In this document: positions 32,223-42,729 of the stretch, one piece after another
Layout: every line of letters starts with the position of its first letter
Numbering within the stretch: the first letter of the stretch is position 1
Origin: Myxococcota bacterium
GTDB taxonomy: Bacteria; Myxococcota_A; UBA9160; UBA6930
DNA: 64,000 nt
Direction: 5' to 3'
Assembly: GCA_965223415.1 (NCBI GenBank)
Contig: OZ245002.1
Coordinates: 3,840,001 to 3,904,000, forward strand
Made by a program: the position numbers and the translations under genes
Notes under the pieces: model-generated
Told to the model about the DNA's origin: nothing
Seen by the model: only the letters and a program-made list of their open reading frames with translations
Database searches by the model: none

Positions 32223-34235
32223 GTGAGCCAGAGCATCCACGAGCAGGTGCGGCGGCAGCTTCGTTCGTCGCCCACGCTCGGGAAGGCGTCGCGGGGGGCC
32301 GCTCGCTCCGCCCTCCTCCGGGCGTCGGCGATCACGCTGGCCCTCGTCCTGCTCACGGGCCTCGCCGCCGGTCAGGTGCGGGACGGGCGCGAGCGCGAGG
32401 TCGAGCGGGAGACCCGTCTCATCGCCGACCAGGCCGCCGGCCACCTGGGGAGCTGGATCGACGGGCGCGTGGCCACCGTCCACGCCTTCGTCCAGCGCTG
32501 GCCGGATCGCTATTCGGGCCGGCCCGAGATCTTCCGGCGGGACGCCCGCGTCTTCCTCGAGAGGCTCCCCGGACTCCAGGCCCTCAACTGGGTCGACACC
32601 GACTGGGTGATCCGGACGACCGTTCCGAACGAGGGCAACGAGGCGGCTCTGGGCCGCGATCTCCACCACCACCCGTTCGCCGAAGTTCCCCGCGCCCTCG
32701 CCCAGGCCGACGCCTCGGGGCTGCCCGCTCGCACGGCCGCCGCCGTCGTCTTCTTCCAGGGAGGCCAGGGCTTCGCCACCTACTGGCCGGTGATGGGACG
32801 CGACGGAACGGAGGAGGGCTTCGTCAACGCCGTCTTCCGCACCGATCGCATGATGGAGGTCTCCCGTGTGGCCTCCCAGCTCCAAGCCGAGTACCGGATC
32901 GGGCTCGTGGAGGACGACGGGTCGGTGGCGTTCGCCTCACCAGGCGAAGACGCCGACGAAACGGCAGCCTGGCCCTTCGCCGAGAGGCGCAAGCTGCCAC
33001 TGATCGATCGCCCCATCGCGCTCGTCACTGCGCCGACCCCCGCGCGCCTGAGTGCTCTCGCGACACCCGCCGACCTGCGAAACCTGCTCGGTGTGCTCGG
33101 TGCCTGCGCCCTCGTCGGCGTGCTCGCCTACGGGGTGCTCCGCCGTCAGACCGATCTCAACCGGCTGGCGCTGGCGACCGCCCAGGCCGAGGAGGGGATC
33201 CTGGTGGTGGGCCGCGATGCCCGCATCGAGTACGCGAACGCGGCCGCGACACGGATGATGGCGCGGGACGGCCTGGGCGGCCGCGACGTGTTCTCGCTCT
33301 CGGAAGGCGAGGGGGACGACGCGCTCCTTACGGAGATCGCGGAGGCCGTGGCCCAGGGGCGCGTCTGGCAGCGCCGTTACGCCTCCGTGTGGTCGGACGG
33401 TTCCCGCCACCTGCGCGACGCGAGCGTCACGCCGGTGCGCGAGCCTTCCGGCTCCGTCAGCCGCTTCGTCGCCGTCATCCGTGACGTCACCCGCGAACAC
33501 GAGCTGCAGGAGCAGCTCCGCCACTCCCAGAAGATGGAGGCCGTCGGACGCCTGGCCGGGGGCGCCGCCCACGAGTTCAACAACCTGCTCACCGTGATCC
33601 AGGGCTACGCGGAGCAGCTCGTCGACGAGCTGGACGAGAAGGCCGAGAGCCGCCGCGCCGCCGCGACGATCCAGGACGCCGCGAGGCGGGCCGCCCGCAT
33701 CGTGGGCCAGCTGCTGGCCTTCGCCCGCCGAACGGATTCCCAGCCCGAGCGCCTGCACCTGGCGGCCGCCGTCGATCGCCTCGAGATGGTCCTGCGCGGC
33801 GCCGTGGGCGAGCAGGTCACGCTCGTGATGCATCACGCGCCCGATCTCCCCCCGGTCCTGGTCGATCCGGGCCACATCCAGCAGGTGCTCGTCAACCTGT
33901 GCATGAACGCTCGGGACGCCCTGCCCGGCGGCGGCACCGTCACCCTCGAGACCCGCGAGGAGGAGATCGGGGAAGAGCCCTCCGGCACTCTCCCCGAGCT
34001 CCCCGCCGGCCGCTATGCCGCCCTGTCCGTCGCCGACGACGGCCTCGGCATGGACGAGGCCGTCCGCGCCCGCATGTTCGAGCCCTTCTTCACCACGAAA
34101 GAGGTAGGCCGCGGCACTGGCCTCGGCCTCGCGACCGTCTACGGCATCGCCGAGCAGGCCGGCGGCGCGCTGCGGGTCGAGAGCGAGCCCGGCCGGGGGA
34201 CGGTAGTGACGCTCTACCTGCCCGTTGCGGAGTAG
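32223..34235 (+). CDS. Membrane PAS-domain sensor histidine kinase
   Basis: GRLAGGAAHEFNNLL, QVLVNLCMNARDA, FEPFFTTK, GTGLGL; two TM segments and a PAS domain. Confidence 0.92.
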   Translation: MSQSIHEQVRRQLRSSPTLGKASRGAARSALLRASAITLALVLLTGLAAGQVRDGREREVERETRLIADQAAGHLGSWIDGRVATVHAFVQRWPDRYSGRPEIFRRDARVFLERLPGLQALNWVDTDWVIRTTVPNEGNEAALGRDLHHHPFAEVPRALAQADASGLPARTAAAVVFFQGGQGFATYWPVMGRDGTEEGFVNAVFRTDRMMEVSRVASQLQAEYRIGLVEDDGSVAFASPGEDADETAAWPFAERRKLPLIDRPIALVTAPTPARLSALATPADLRNLLGVLGACALVGVLAYGVLRRQTDLNRLALATAQAEEGILVVGRDARIEYANAAATRMMARDGLGGRDVFSLSEGEGDDALLTEIAEAVAQGRVWQRRYASVWSDGSRHLRDASVTPVREPSGSVSRFVAVIRDVTREHELQEQLRHSQKMEAVGRLAGGAAHEFNNLLTVIQGYAEQLVDELDEKAESRRAAATIQDAARRAARIVGQLLAFARRTDSQPERLHLAAAVDRLEMVLRGAVGEQVTLVMHHAPDLPPVLVDPGHIQQVLVNLCMNARDALPGGGTVTLETREEEIGEEPSGTLPELPAGRYAALSVADDGLGMDEAVRARMFEPFFTTKEVGRGTGLGLATVYGIAEQAGGALRVESEPGRGTVVTLYLPVAE

Positions 34236-34274
34236 CGAGACCCGGGCCGCAGTTGGCTACCCTCTCGGGACCGT

Positions 34275-34350
34275 CGGGGTGTAGCTCAGTGGCCAGAGCC
34301 GGATCTTTGGGGGATCCGCGTCGCGGGTTCGAATCCCGCCACCCCGACCA
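34275..34350 (+). tRNA. tRNA-Pro (anticodon TGG)
   Basis: Acceptor stem CGGGGTG/CACCCCG, anticodon arm ggatc-ttTGGgg-gatcc, T-loop GTTCGAATC, encoded CCA. Confidence 0.95.
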
Positions 34351-36232
34351 AACGCCCTCGCGAGGGAGGCCTGTCAGCTCGGCAGCTTGGGCCGAGATGA
34401 TCTCGGGCGTTCGGTTGCGCTGATTGGCCCAGCAGGCCCAGCAAGAGAACGCCGGGGATGGGTGGCTACAGCATCTTCGGTTCTCTCCTGGTCTGAATGG
34501 AGAGAGCAAGAGACGTGCCAGCGGCTTCGAGGGCCTGGGGAGAGCCGTCGTGGCACTTCGCGCGACTTCAACCACGACTTTGGCGGACGCTCGACGGCCA
34601 AGCTCAGCCAAGCCAACTCAACCGCTCCAGTTCTCGAGTGCGCCGCCTCTCACTATGCGCGCCTTGAAGTTGGGGTTCAGGAAAATCTCTCCGAGGCTGC
34701 CCTTGCCTACTCGCCTTCCTCGGACGCGGGAACGAGGCGATCCTCCTCGGAGAGTTCCAGCCGGATGAACTGGCGCATCGAGTCCGGAATATCATTATCG
34801 GCAACGAGCATCTGTAGTCGGTCCCCATGCTCGCGGCACGTGTCCCCAAGGAGCCGATAGATCGCCTCTCGGCGGGCGGGATCTCTGCCCTCTTCGCCGA
34901 AATGCTCGCTCAACCCGTCAATGAAGAGGATGTTGGGCAGCGCCAGGTCGTATGCGAACGCATTCAGCTGATGCGCGACCGTGTGCGCAACGTTCACTAG
35001 CGTTCCTAGTCCTGGAGAACTCAGCTCGTCGAATCGGCGACCGTGGAAGATCGGGAGGAAAGTCCTTCGGTCTATCTTGCACTCTTCCTCCTCTCCGAAT
35101 TCGGGAGGGTGCAGTCGTGACACGAGTTCGTCGAAGACCGCTTCGAGGCCATCGATCCGTTCTTGGACGCTTCCCGACGCGTCGCCTAGTGACTCAAGCT
35201 TCGCCTGAAGCTCTTCTTTGCGACGCTCCAGATTCAGAGAATGCTCGCGATCTCGGTCCAGCTTCCCAAGAACAGCAAGGTAGTCGCTGTACTGAGAGAC
35301 TCGTGCTCGGGCAGATGCGCGGTTTTCAGCAGCCTCTGTCATCGCAGCGGCACGAGCTGATACGAACGATTCCGTTCGGAAGTCAAGCTCCCGTGCGTTC
35401 TCTCTTGCCTGCTCTTCGAGGATGACGAGCTCATTTCTTAGTTCATTGGCTCGTTGCTCACGAACCTCGAGGAGTTCGTTGGCTTCGACTAGCTGTGCAT
35501 CAACGCGCCGGCTCTCCTTTACCAAGCTCTCTCGTGAATAGTCTACGCGAGGAGGCTGCAAGCAGAGGTAGCAGTCGTCTTCACTGCTGCGGGATTGCTC
35601 CACCTCGGATCCACACCGGGGGCAGACCACGAAGTCGATATCGAGAAGGTGCTTGTTGGCTACGATCGACCGCGTAAGTTGTCTCGCGTTGGTCTCCAAC
35701 TGCGCGGCGAGCCGACTCAGCTCTTCGACGCTTCGATTCTCGGCTTCTAGTCCTTCCCTGGCTTCAGCGACCTTCGAGCTCAGTTCTAGCTGCCTGCGCC
35801 GAAGCTCCCTGATGAGGGGTTCGTCCTCAGCGCCTCGGGCAAGTTCTTTGGTCTGATCCTCCGCTGCCTGCAGTTCGCGCTTCGCTTCGGCGAGGTTTCG
35901 CTCGATCTCGGCCCGGTTCTCCATGGGCGTGTCGTCGAAGAACTTCTCGAAGAGGCTGTCGCGCGACTTGAGGTCCCTGGCCTGAGCAAGCACGTGTCGG
36001 AGTTCTTCCTGAACCTCAGCGGCTTCGACGCTGTGGATTCCGTAGAGGATCTCGAATACGTACTTGCGTTTGATGTTCTTCGCGAAGTCGCGGTGTCCGA
36101 AGACTGTGTCGCCGATCTCGTCCTGGCGCAGTGTGCAGTAGAGGAGGTAGTCGCGAATCGTGACTGGCGTCGGCTCACTCTCCGGCTGTGTTGGCCGCGA
36201 CGGCACGTCAAGGCGCGGAAGCGATAGCTGTT

Positions 36233-37360
36233 CTAGTGTCCTGTTCCAGAAGAAACCACTCGATTAGAATCGGAGTGGACGTCGAGGACGCGACCACAGT
36301 AGCGCCGCACACTCGCGAGGATCTGATCCGCGGTCTTGGTCCAGACGAAGGGTCTCGGATCGTCGTTCGTCGTCTTCAGGAAGCTCCGGATGTCGTTCTC
36401 GAGCGCCCTCGTGCTGCGATGCACGCCGCGACGGATGCAACGCTCGGTGATGAGTGCAAAGAACCGCTCGACCTGATTCAGCCATGAGCTGTACGTCGGG
36501 GTGAAGTGCACGTGGAAACGAGGGTGGCGCGCGAGCCAGCTCCGAGTTCGCTTCGTCTTGTGCGTGGTGTAGTTGTCGAGCACGAGATGGATGTCGAGTT
36601 CGGCGGGTACGTTGTCGTCGATCGTCCTGAGGAACTTCAGGAACTCCTCCGTGCGGTGCCGGCGATGGAGGGATCCGATCACTTCGCCCGTTGCGATGTT
36701 GAGTGCGGCAAAGAGTGTCGTCGTGCCATGGCGTAGGTATCCGTGTGTGCGCTGCTCCGCCCGGCCCGGTTGCATCGGCAAGACAGGCTGGTTCCGTTCC
36801 AGCGCTTGGATCTGCGATTTCTCGTCGACGCAGAGGACGACCGCGTTCGCCGGCGGAGACATGTACAGGCCGACGATATCCACCACCTTGTCCACAAAAT
36901 GGGGATCGTTGGAGAGCCGGAAGCGCTCGACTCGGTGCGGCTGGAGGCTGAATGCTCGCCAGATGCGATGAACCGTCGTCGTCGGGAGGCCTACCCGCTT
37001 CGCCATCAGGCGAACGGACCAGTGCGTCGCTCCCGTGGGCGTTTCCTCTAGCGTCAAGCGCACGACCTCATCGACCTGCTCGTCGGTCACCGTCCGGGGC
37101 GCTCCCGGCTTGGGCTCGTCGTAGAGCCCAGCGATCCGCTTTTCGACGAAGCGCTTGCGCCAGATCCCGACGGTCTCTCGTCGCTTGCCTACGCGTTCCG
37201 CGATTTCCCCATTCGTCAGCCCCTGCTCTGCGAGCAATACAATGCGCGAGCGGTAGGCCAACTGATGCGCGCTCTTCCGCCTTCTGGCGTGCGTCTGGAG
37301 CTCTTCTCGCTCCGCATCCGTCAGCACAATCGGCGTCTTGGGCCGGCCACGATTCGCCAT
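36233..37360 (-). CDS. IS630-family transposase
   Basis: [50 protein letters not shown]; stop codon uses the target TA. Confidence 0.95.
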   Translation of the reverse strand: MANRGRPKTPIVLTDAEREELQTHARRRKSAHQLAYRSRIVLLAEQGLTNGEIAERVGKRRETVGIWRKRFVEKRIAGLYDEPKPGAPRTVTDEQVDEVVRLTLEETPTGATHWSVRLMAKRVGLPTTTVHRIWRAFSLQPHRVERFRLSNDPHFVDKVVDIVGLYMSPPANAVVLCVDEKSQIQALERNQPVLPMQPGRAEQRTHGYLRHGTTTLFAALNIATGEVIGSLHRRHRTEEFLKFLRTIDDNVPAELDIHLVLDNYTTHKTKRTRSWLARHPRFHVHFTPTYSSWLNQVERFFALITERCIRRGVHRSTRALENDIRSFLKTTNDDPRPFVWTKTADQILASVRRYCGRVLDVHSDSNRVVSSGTGH

Positions 37361-37447
37361 ACGTCCCCCCAACGTGATGCCGGTAAGATGCCCCCTGCAC
37401 GTTGGGAGTTCGCACTATTTTGCGTACTTTTTTCCGAAACAGGACAC
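36236..37447 (-). mobile_element. IS630-family insertion sequence (1212 bp)
   Basis: IRs gtgtcctgttccaga / gtgtcctgtttcgga; TA duplication at 36234-36235 and 37448-37449 within a CTAG target. Confidence 0.93.
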
Positions 37448-37791
37448 TAGGAGCCAGTGCACATAGCTGGTGGAGCGTGCGTCGGCTCGATACGCGGGCA
37501 GGCGATAGGTGCCCGACTCCCCGGCGACTTCAACAGGAGCGTTGATTGTCGTAACCGCGGGCCGCGCGACAGTGAACGCGCTGTCGCCGAGCATCAGCTC
37601 GCCGACGACGGTGTCGACAGCGTCCCGGGCCTCTCTAGGCATGTCCTCGAACGAACCGCCAAGCAAGGACCGGCACAAGCGCATTAGTGTCGTCTTGCCG
37701 CTCGCGATGGGCCCGGTAATGATGTTGAGCCCCGGCTCGAATGCGACCGAGCGGTCGGTGCCGCGCAGCTGAAGCGAGTTCAAGCGAACTC

Positions 37792-38319
37792 TCACAGCCT
37801 CGTCCCCCACGACGCGTCGGCAATCTCGGGGAAGTGCCTATAGACGAGGCTCTTGAGCGTCTCGCCCGAGAGGTTGAGGTGCTTCTGAAGGATCTCTGCA
37901 CGTTTCATGGTTGACTGCCATTCCGGCTCCTCGCTGATCTTCCGCGCTACCTCACGGCCTGCCTCGGTGACGCGGTACCCGATCCCACTCTTGACAGAGA
38001 CGGGTTCGACGAGTCCCCTGCCGATTAGTCTCCCAAGGATCGCGAAGTACGCTGGGTCCCAGGGGCCGTAGCGGTACCTGACCATTCGCGTGTCGAGGTT
38101 CTCGCTCTCAAGTGTGTCGTCAGGGAGGTCCGCTTGCTTGTTTCGGATGCGGAGCATGTCGCGGAGATAGGTTGGGTACCGGAGGAGGAAGTCGAGTTTC
38201 GCGAGCTTCGTCCTGCCGTCGACCGACCCCGTGAGTCGGCGCTTGCCGCTAAACGCATCAATAAGTAGGAGGATCCGGGCCTCCGCGTCAAGAGTCGGAA
38301 CGAACTGGGTCCTACGCAT
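37792..38319 (-). CDS. Small middle component of the ABC-three-component/Lamassu-type operon (intact, 175 aa)
   Basis: Overlaps both neighbours; GRTKLAKLDFLLRYP, RYRYGPWD and a wHTH-like RGLVE...YRVTEAG. Confidence 0.75.
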   Translation of the reverse strand: MRRTQFVPTLDAEARILLLIDAFSGKRRLTGSVDGRTKLAKLDFLLRYPTYLRDMLRIRNKQADLPDDTLESENLDTRMVRYRYGPWDPAYFAILGRLIGRGLVEPVSVKSGIGYRVTEAGREVARKISEEPEWQSTMKRAEILQKHLNLSGETLKSLVYRHFPEIADASWGTRL

Positions 38320-38605
38320 CGTCGGACTCGGAGCCCCAATCGAAATCGCACTCGTCGCTGATCTCACACAACTCGCCGAGCAGTAGCATTCCGTCGGCTG
38401 CGAATAACTTGTGCTGATCGATTGTGTGTGCGTTCTGCATCAGGCGGGCCGAAACGTCGTTCCAGATGTGGCGAGCCGGATTGGGCTTGTCGAGGTGGAT
38501 CGATCTTGCCGCATTCGCGTGAACGATGAGTCTCTGGCGGACGTCGTCTAGTTCCTCCTCGTACCCGAACAGGTCGGCTGCTCGACGCTCCAGTTTGTGC
38601 GTTAG

Positions 38606-39875
38606 CAGGCTGCTGAAAAACCCTGCGTTTCCGTGTTCTCGATGGTAGAAGATGGGTCGGGGGGAGAGAGGATGCGCGGCAGCGACCGAGAGCAGGGTTC
38701 GATGTTCAGCTACGTCTCGCTGGAGACGCGGATTCCGGAGGATCATCCGCTTCGCCCCATGCGGGCGATGGTGGACGAGGCGCTGAGGGGCCTGTCTCGG
38801 CGGTTCTCGGAGCTCTACGCGTCGACGGGCCGGCCGTCGATCCCACCGGAGCGGCTGCTGCGGGCTCTGTTGCTGCAGGTGCTCTACTCGATCCGGAGTG
38901 AGCGCCAGCTGATGGAGCAGCTCGAGTACAACCTGCTGTTCCGTTGGTTCGTAGGGCTGGGGATGGAGGATGCGGTCTGGGTCCCGACGGTCTTCACGAA
39001 GAACCGGGACCGGCTGCTGGAAGGGGACGTGGCGGAGGCGTTCTTTGAGGCGGTGCTGGCGCAGGGAAAGGACCACGGCCTTCTGTCGTCGGAGCACTTC
39101 ACGGTGGATGGCACGCTGATCGAGGCGTGGGCGAGCCAGAAGAGCTTCCGGGCGAAGGACGGCTCGGGGGACGACGGAGACGACGATCCGGGCAACCCGA
39201 CGGTGAACTTTCGGGGAGAGCGGCGGAGCAACGCGACGCACGAATCGACGACGGATCCCGAGGCGCGGCTGGCGCGCAAGAAGGGCCAGACCTCGCAGCT
39301 GGCCTACATGGGCCATCTGCTGACGGAGAACCGCAACGGCCTGATCGTCTCGGCGCTGCTGACGGAGGCCGATGGCTACGCCGAGCGGCTGGCAGCGCTG
39401 GAGATGGCGGAGGACGTGGCGGGAAGGCGCCGGATCACGCTGGGCGGGGACAAGGGCTACGACACCGAGGAGTTCGTGGCGGGCTGCCGGAAGCGCAACA
39501 TCACGCCGCACGTGGCGCAGCACACGACGAATCGGGCCAGCCGGATCGACGGTCGCACGGTCCGTCACGAGGGCTACGCGATCAGCCAGCACAAACGCAA
39601 GCGGATCGAGGAGTGCTTCGGTTGGATGAAGACGGTCGGGGGAATGCGAAAGACGCGTCACCGGGGCACGGATCGGGTCGGGTGGATGTTCGTCTTCACG
39701 GCGGCGGTCTACAACCTGGTCCGCATACGCAACCTCGTAGAGGTCACATGACGCACCTGCATCGAGACGAGGTACCCCGGATCGCTTCCGGGATCGAAGA
39801 GCGAGCCGAGCGGGCCGCGGGGACCCGCGCCCTCTGGCGTTCTGGCGCCTCTCAGCGCCGAATTTCAGCAGCCTG
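38606..39875 (+). mobile_element. IS5-family insertion sequence, copy 2 (1270 bp)
   Basis: Same IRs, length and transposase translation as copy 1; TTAG duplication at 38602-38605 and 39876-39879. Confidence 0.95.
38672..39751 (+). CDS. IS5-family DDE transposase
   Basis: Protein identical to 14685-15764 in the ORF track. Confidence 0.95.
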   Translation: MRGSDREQGSMFSYVSLETRIPEDHPLRPMRAMVDEALRGLSRRFSELYASTGRPSIPPERLLRALLLQVLYSIRSERQLMEQLEYNLLFRWFVGLGMEDAVWVPTVFTKNRDRLLEGDVAEAFFEAVLAQGKDHGLLSSEHFTVDGTLIEAWASQKSFRAKDGSGDDGDDDPGNPTVNFRGERRSNATHESTTDPEARLARKKGQTSQLAYMGHLLTENRNGLIVSALLTEADGYAERLAALEMAEDVAGRRRITLGGDKGYDTEEFVAGCRKRNITPHVAQHTTNRASRIDGRTVRHEGYAISQHKRKRIEECFGWMKTVGGMRKTRHRGTDRVGWMFVFTAAVYNLVRIRNLVEVT

Positions 39876-41306
39876 TTAGGGCGTTCATTCTGAGGTTTCG
39901 GGCGTCCGCCTGAATCCTCGAGTCGGCGCCTGCAGCGGTCATCTTTCTCTCGACGCTCGTCAGTTGTCGCGCACCTACCTCTGTGACTCGCCTCAGGAGC
40001 GGGCGAGCAGGCGCAGTGATCGGCGCGATGAGACCGAGCAACTCTGTGCGCTCCAGCGTCTTCGCTACTAGCCGCTGCCGAGCGTCGTCCGCTGCCGACT
40101 CGGGGTCCGCAACGCATGCGGGCCAGTTTGGCCCGATCGGATCTGCCCGCATTGCTGCCTCGATCCTGGAGGCCAACCCCGCATGGATCGACTCGATCTG
40201 GGCCCGCGTAAGGTGGCCCGCATGGTCGCCGAGGAGCCTGTAGTTCATCGCCTCTATCGCGTCGCGCGTGGCATGAGGGGGGTGCATGACTACTCGTTCG
40301 AGGAAGGCACGCGCGTCCAGTTCGGGTATGCCGAAGGCTGTAGCGACCCTGGACACGAGATCAGGGTCTCCACGATTTCCCGCGCGCCGCAGATGCTTAA
40401 TGGGGCTTCGGGGACTGTGGGGCCCTTCAAGAACGAGTTCCAGCGACGCGTTCCCATCGGGCATCAGTTGATGTGTGCGATACAGGCTGCGAAGCGCGCC
40501 ACCATCTTCCTTGAGGAGATCTGATAGCACCCACGGGCCGCGTTCTTCGTCCTTGGTCTTGATTTGGAGGAATCGCCAGCGGTCGTCGCAGACAAGAGCG
40601 ACGTCTTCGTGGTGCTCCGGGACCACGCGCAGAATGTCGCCACCGAGCGCACATTCGAGGCAGAAGGGCAGTGCCACAAGCGCCTGATAGTAGTACCGCG
40701 CAAACGTTTCTGAGCCCGTGTCGTCTTCGGGTGCGATTTCTTCGGGATCTACAGGCACGGCGGCTCCGAGCGGACGGACGCGACTAGCGTGACACTGTTT
40801 GGATGCTGCTCGGGTCTCGATTACCCAGTGTGGTGCCCGTAGCCCACGCGCAGAAATGGTGGGCGCTTCGACGCGTCGCAAATGCCGAGGTTCGTGTCCC
40901 TGCACGCTGCGGCTCTCGATGGGCGGTCGATCCCCTGATTGGGGTAGGTCGGCCATCTCCCTCGGAAACCGAGGCTTCGCAACCAGACTACCGCCACAGG
41001 CAGGTCACCTTTCTGGATGCCTGATCGCGGATCGCGGGCGGCGCTGTGAACTGGTTCACAGCGGGTCTCCGGCTCCGGGTCTCAAGATGGCAGCGGACGG
41101 AGGTTCCCAACCCGCTCGCCCTCTCGAAGGACCACGCGCTTCGAGAACGACGCCATCATGTCCGCGATCCCGGCCGGGCCCACGCTCGACCCGGTGTTCT
41201 GGCAGAGAGCCAGGTCGATCGCGTCGGCGCGCTCGAGCAGCTCCAGGCCTAGTGCTCTTCTTCAAACGGAGGAGGGTTCGCCCGCCATCCACCGCACCAA
41301 CGCCGG

Positions 41307-41469
41307 TGTCGAGGGACGTCATCTCTTGCGCGCTAAGAGGACGGCTAGTTTTGCGCACCCCCCTGGGTTGATGTTCGGTTCTTCCTTCTTCTCTTCCGCT
41401 CTCCGAAGGAGAGCACGGCCGTCAGGCCGCCCTCTGGGGCCTCAACGCTGGGCGCTTTGCCCCGCGGCC
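41307..41469. mobile_element. Probable IS21-family terminal remnant
   Basis: Starts TGTC with two tandem imperfect subterminal repeats (ggacgtcatctcttgcgc / ggacggctagttttgcgc); cut off by the IS3 end. Confidence 0.4.
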
Positions 41470-41500
41470 TGGCCCTGCCCCGATCTCGTAGACACTCTGG

Positions 41501-42439
41501 TTACGCTGCTTGGGCAGGTCCTTCCTGGCCGTGCAGATTGATGCCGCCGCGGGGTGCGGGGGCGGAGTCCTCGCACCCCGCGGCGGCATGTCGGAGTTCG
41601 TACTCGATCGGGCTCGTGTAGCCGATCGACGAGTGCCTCCGAATCGGGTTGTAGAACCCGTCGATGTAGTCGACCACCATCGCCTCCGTCATGGCCGCAC
41701 CATGCAAGGGCTCGCCGAGGAAGAGCTCCGTCTTCAGCGTCCCGAAGAAGCTCTCGGCCACTGCGTTGTCCCAGCAGTTGCCGCGACGACTCATGCTCAG
41801 GACGAGCTTCGCGTGGTCGAGTGCGTGGCGGAAGTCGCTGCTCGCGTACTGGCTCCCGCGATCCGCGTGGACGAGCACCTCTCGGGCGCCTGGTCGGCTC
41901 GCGAGGGCTCGGTCCAGCGCCTGCAGCACCAATGACGTATCGATGCGATCCCCGATCGCGTAGCCGACCACGCGCCGCGAGAACATGTCGAGAATCACCG
42001 CCAGATAGAGCCACCCTTCGAGCGTCCGCAGATACGTGAGGTCCGTCGCCCAGGCCACGTCCGGGGCCGGCGCTTCGAACTCCCGCATCAGCAGGTTCGC
42101 TGCGATCGGGCTGCCGTGGTTCGAGTCCGTCGTCGTCCGGAAACGCCGCTTGTGGCTCCCCTGGAGCCCTTCGGCCGCCATCAACGAGGCCACCCGCTTG
42201 CGCGACACCCGACGTCCTTCGTCCCGAAGGTCGCGATGGATGCGCGGGCTTCCGTACGTCCCGCGACTGGCCTTGTGGGAGGCCCTGATCGCCACCCGCA
42301 GCTCGGCGTTCTCGATCGAACGCGCCGAGGGAGGACGACGCCTCCAAGCGTAGTAACCGGCCCGCGAAACCTGCAGACACCGGCAGAGGGTCACAATCGG
42401 GTAGCTCGCCCGCTCCGCGTCGATGAAACGGAACCTCAT
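41501..42439 (-). CDS. IS3-family transposase OrfB (integrase core)
   Basis: TYGSPRI, WATDLT, HADRGSQY, WDNAVAESFF. Confidence 0.95.
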   Translation of the reverse strand: MRFRFIDAERASYPIVTLCRCLQVSRAGYYAWRRRPPSARSIENAELRVAIRASHKASRGTYGSPRIHRDLRDEGRRVSRKRVASLMAAEGLQGSHKRRFRTTTDSNHGSPIAANLLMREFEAPAPDVAWATDLTYLRTLEGWLYLAVILDMFSRRVVGYAIGDRIDTSLVLQALDRALASRPGAREVLVHADRGSQYASSDFRHALDHAKLVLSMSRRGNCWDNAVAESFFGTLKTELFLGEPLHGAAMTEAMVVDYIDGFYNPIRRHSSIGYTSPIEYELRHAAAGCEDSAPAPRGGINLHGQEGPAQAA

Positions 42440-42729
42440 CGACTTTCCTTGGCGAAGGCCGTCGCTTTTTTCAGGATCTCTCGCTCCATCTCGAGCGTCT
42501 TCACCTGCTTGCGGAGCGCCTTCAGCTCTTCGCGCTCAGCACTCGAGAGCGCTCCCGTGTTCGCTGGCGTTTCCTCCGCGTCCGCCTGCTTCACCCACTC
42601 GCGCACCGCGGTCTCCGTGAGATCCAGCTCACGCGAAACCGCGCCGACGCTCTTGCCGCTCCGGCGGATCAGCTCCACCACCTCGGCCTTGTACTCCCTC
42701 GTGAACTGCCGCCTCTTTCGCTTCGCCAT
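42436..42729 (-). CDS. IS3-family transposase OrfA
   Basis: RRQFTREYKAEVV HTH, LEMEREILKKA; A6G run precedes OrfB in the -1 frame. Confidence 0.93.
   Translation of the reverse strand: MAKRKRRQFTREYKAEVVELIRRSGKSVGAVSRELDLTETAVREWVKQADAEETPANTGALSSAEREELKALRKQVKTLEMEREILKKATAFAKESR

Larger units (their letters stand above)
34707..37795 (-). pseudogene. Rad50/SMC-like ABC ATPase of a Lamassu/ABC-3C system (LmuB-like), interrupted by IS630
   Basis: Walker A GPIASGKT in the 5' part; coiled coils, CPRC...CYLC hook, ILFIDG Walker B in the 3' part; removing the IS gives an in-frame 624-aa ORF (…[19 protein letters not shown]…). Confidence 0.85.
38312..40758 (-). pseudogene. Cap4/DUF4297-like dsDNA nuclease effector with ABC-3C-type C-terminal domain (LmuA-like), interrupted by IS5
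   Basis: DTGSETFARYYYQ, EHHEDV, FLQIKTK nuclease motifs; C-terminal LLGELCEISDECDFDW; removing the IS gives an in-frame ORF of about 390 aa (…RMNAL|THKLER…); GTG start inferred. Confidence 0.82.

Noticed and set aside
34351..34706. Short ORFs between the tRNA and the ATPase (34424-34768, 34387-34860)
   Set aside because: No recognisable motifs or RBS; no integrase remnant could be supported
34707..40758. Wadjet, CBASS or housekeeping SbcCD
   Set aside because: No JetA/JetD, CD-NTase or SbcD/Mre11 partner; the three-gene order fits Lamassu/ABC-3C
40759..41306. Possible extra gene or N-terminal extension upstream of the nuclease
   Set aside because: Several short overlapping ORFs without motifs; the nuclease motif begins just after 40758
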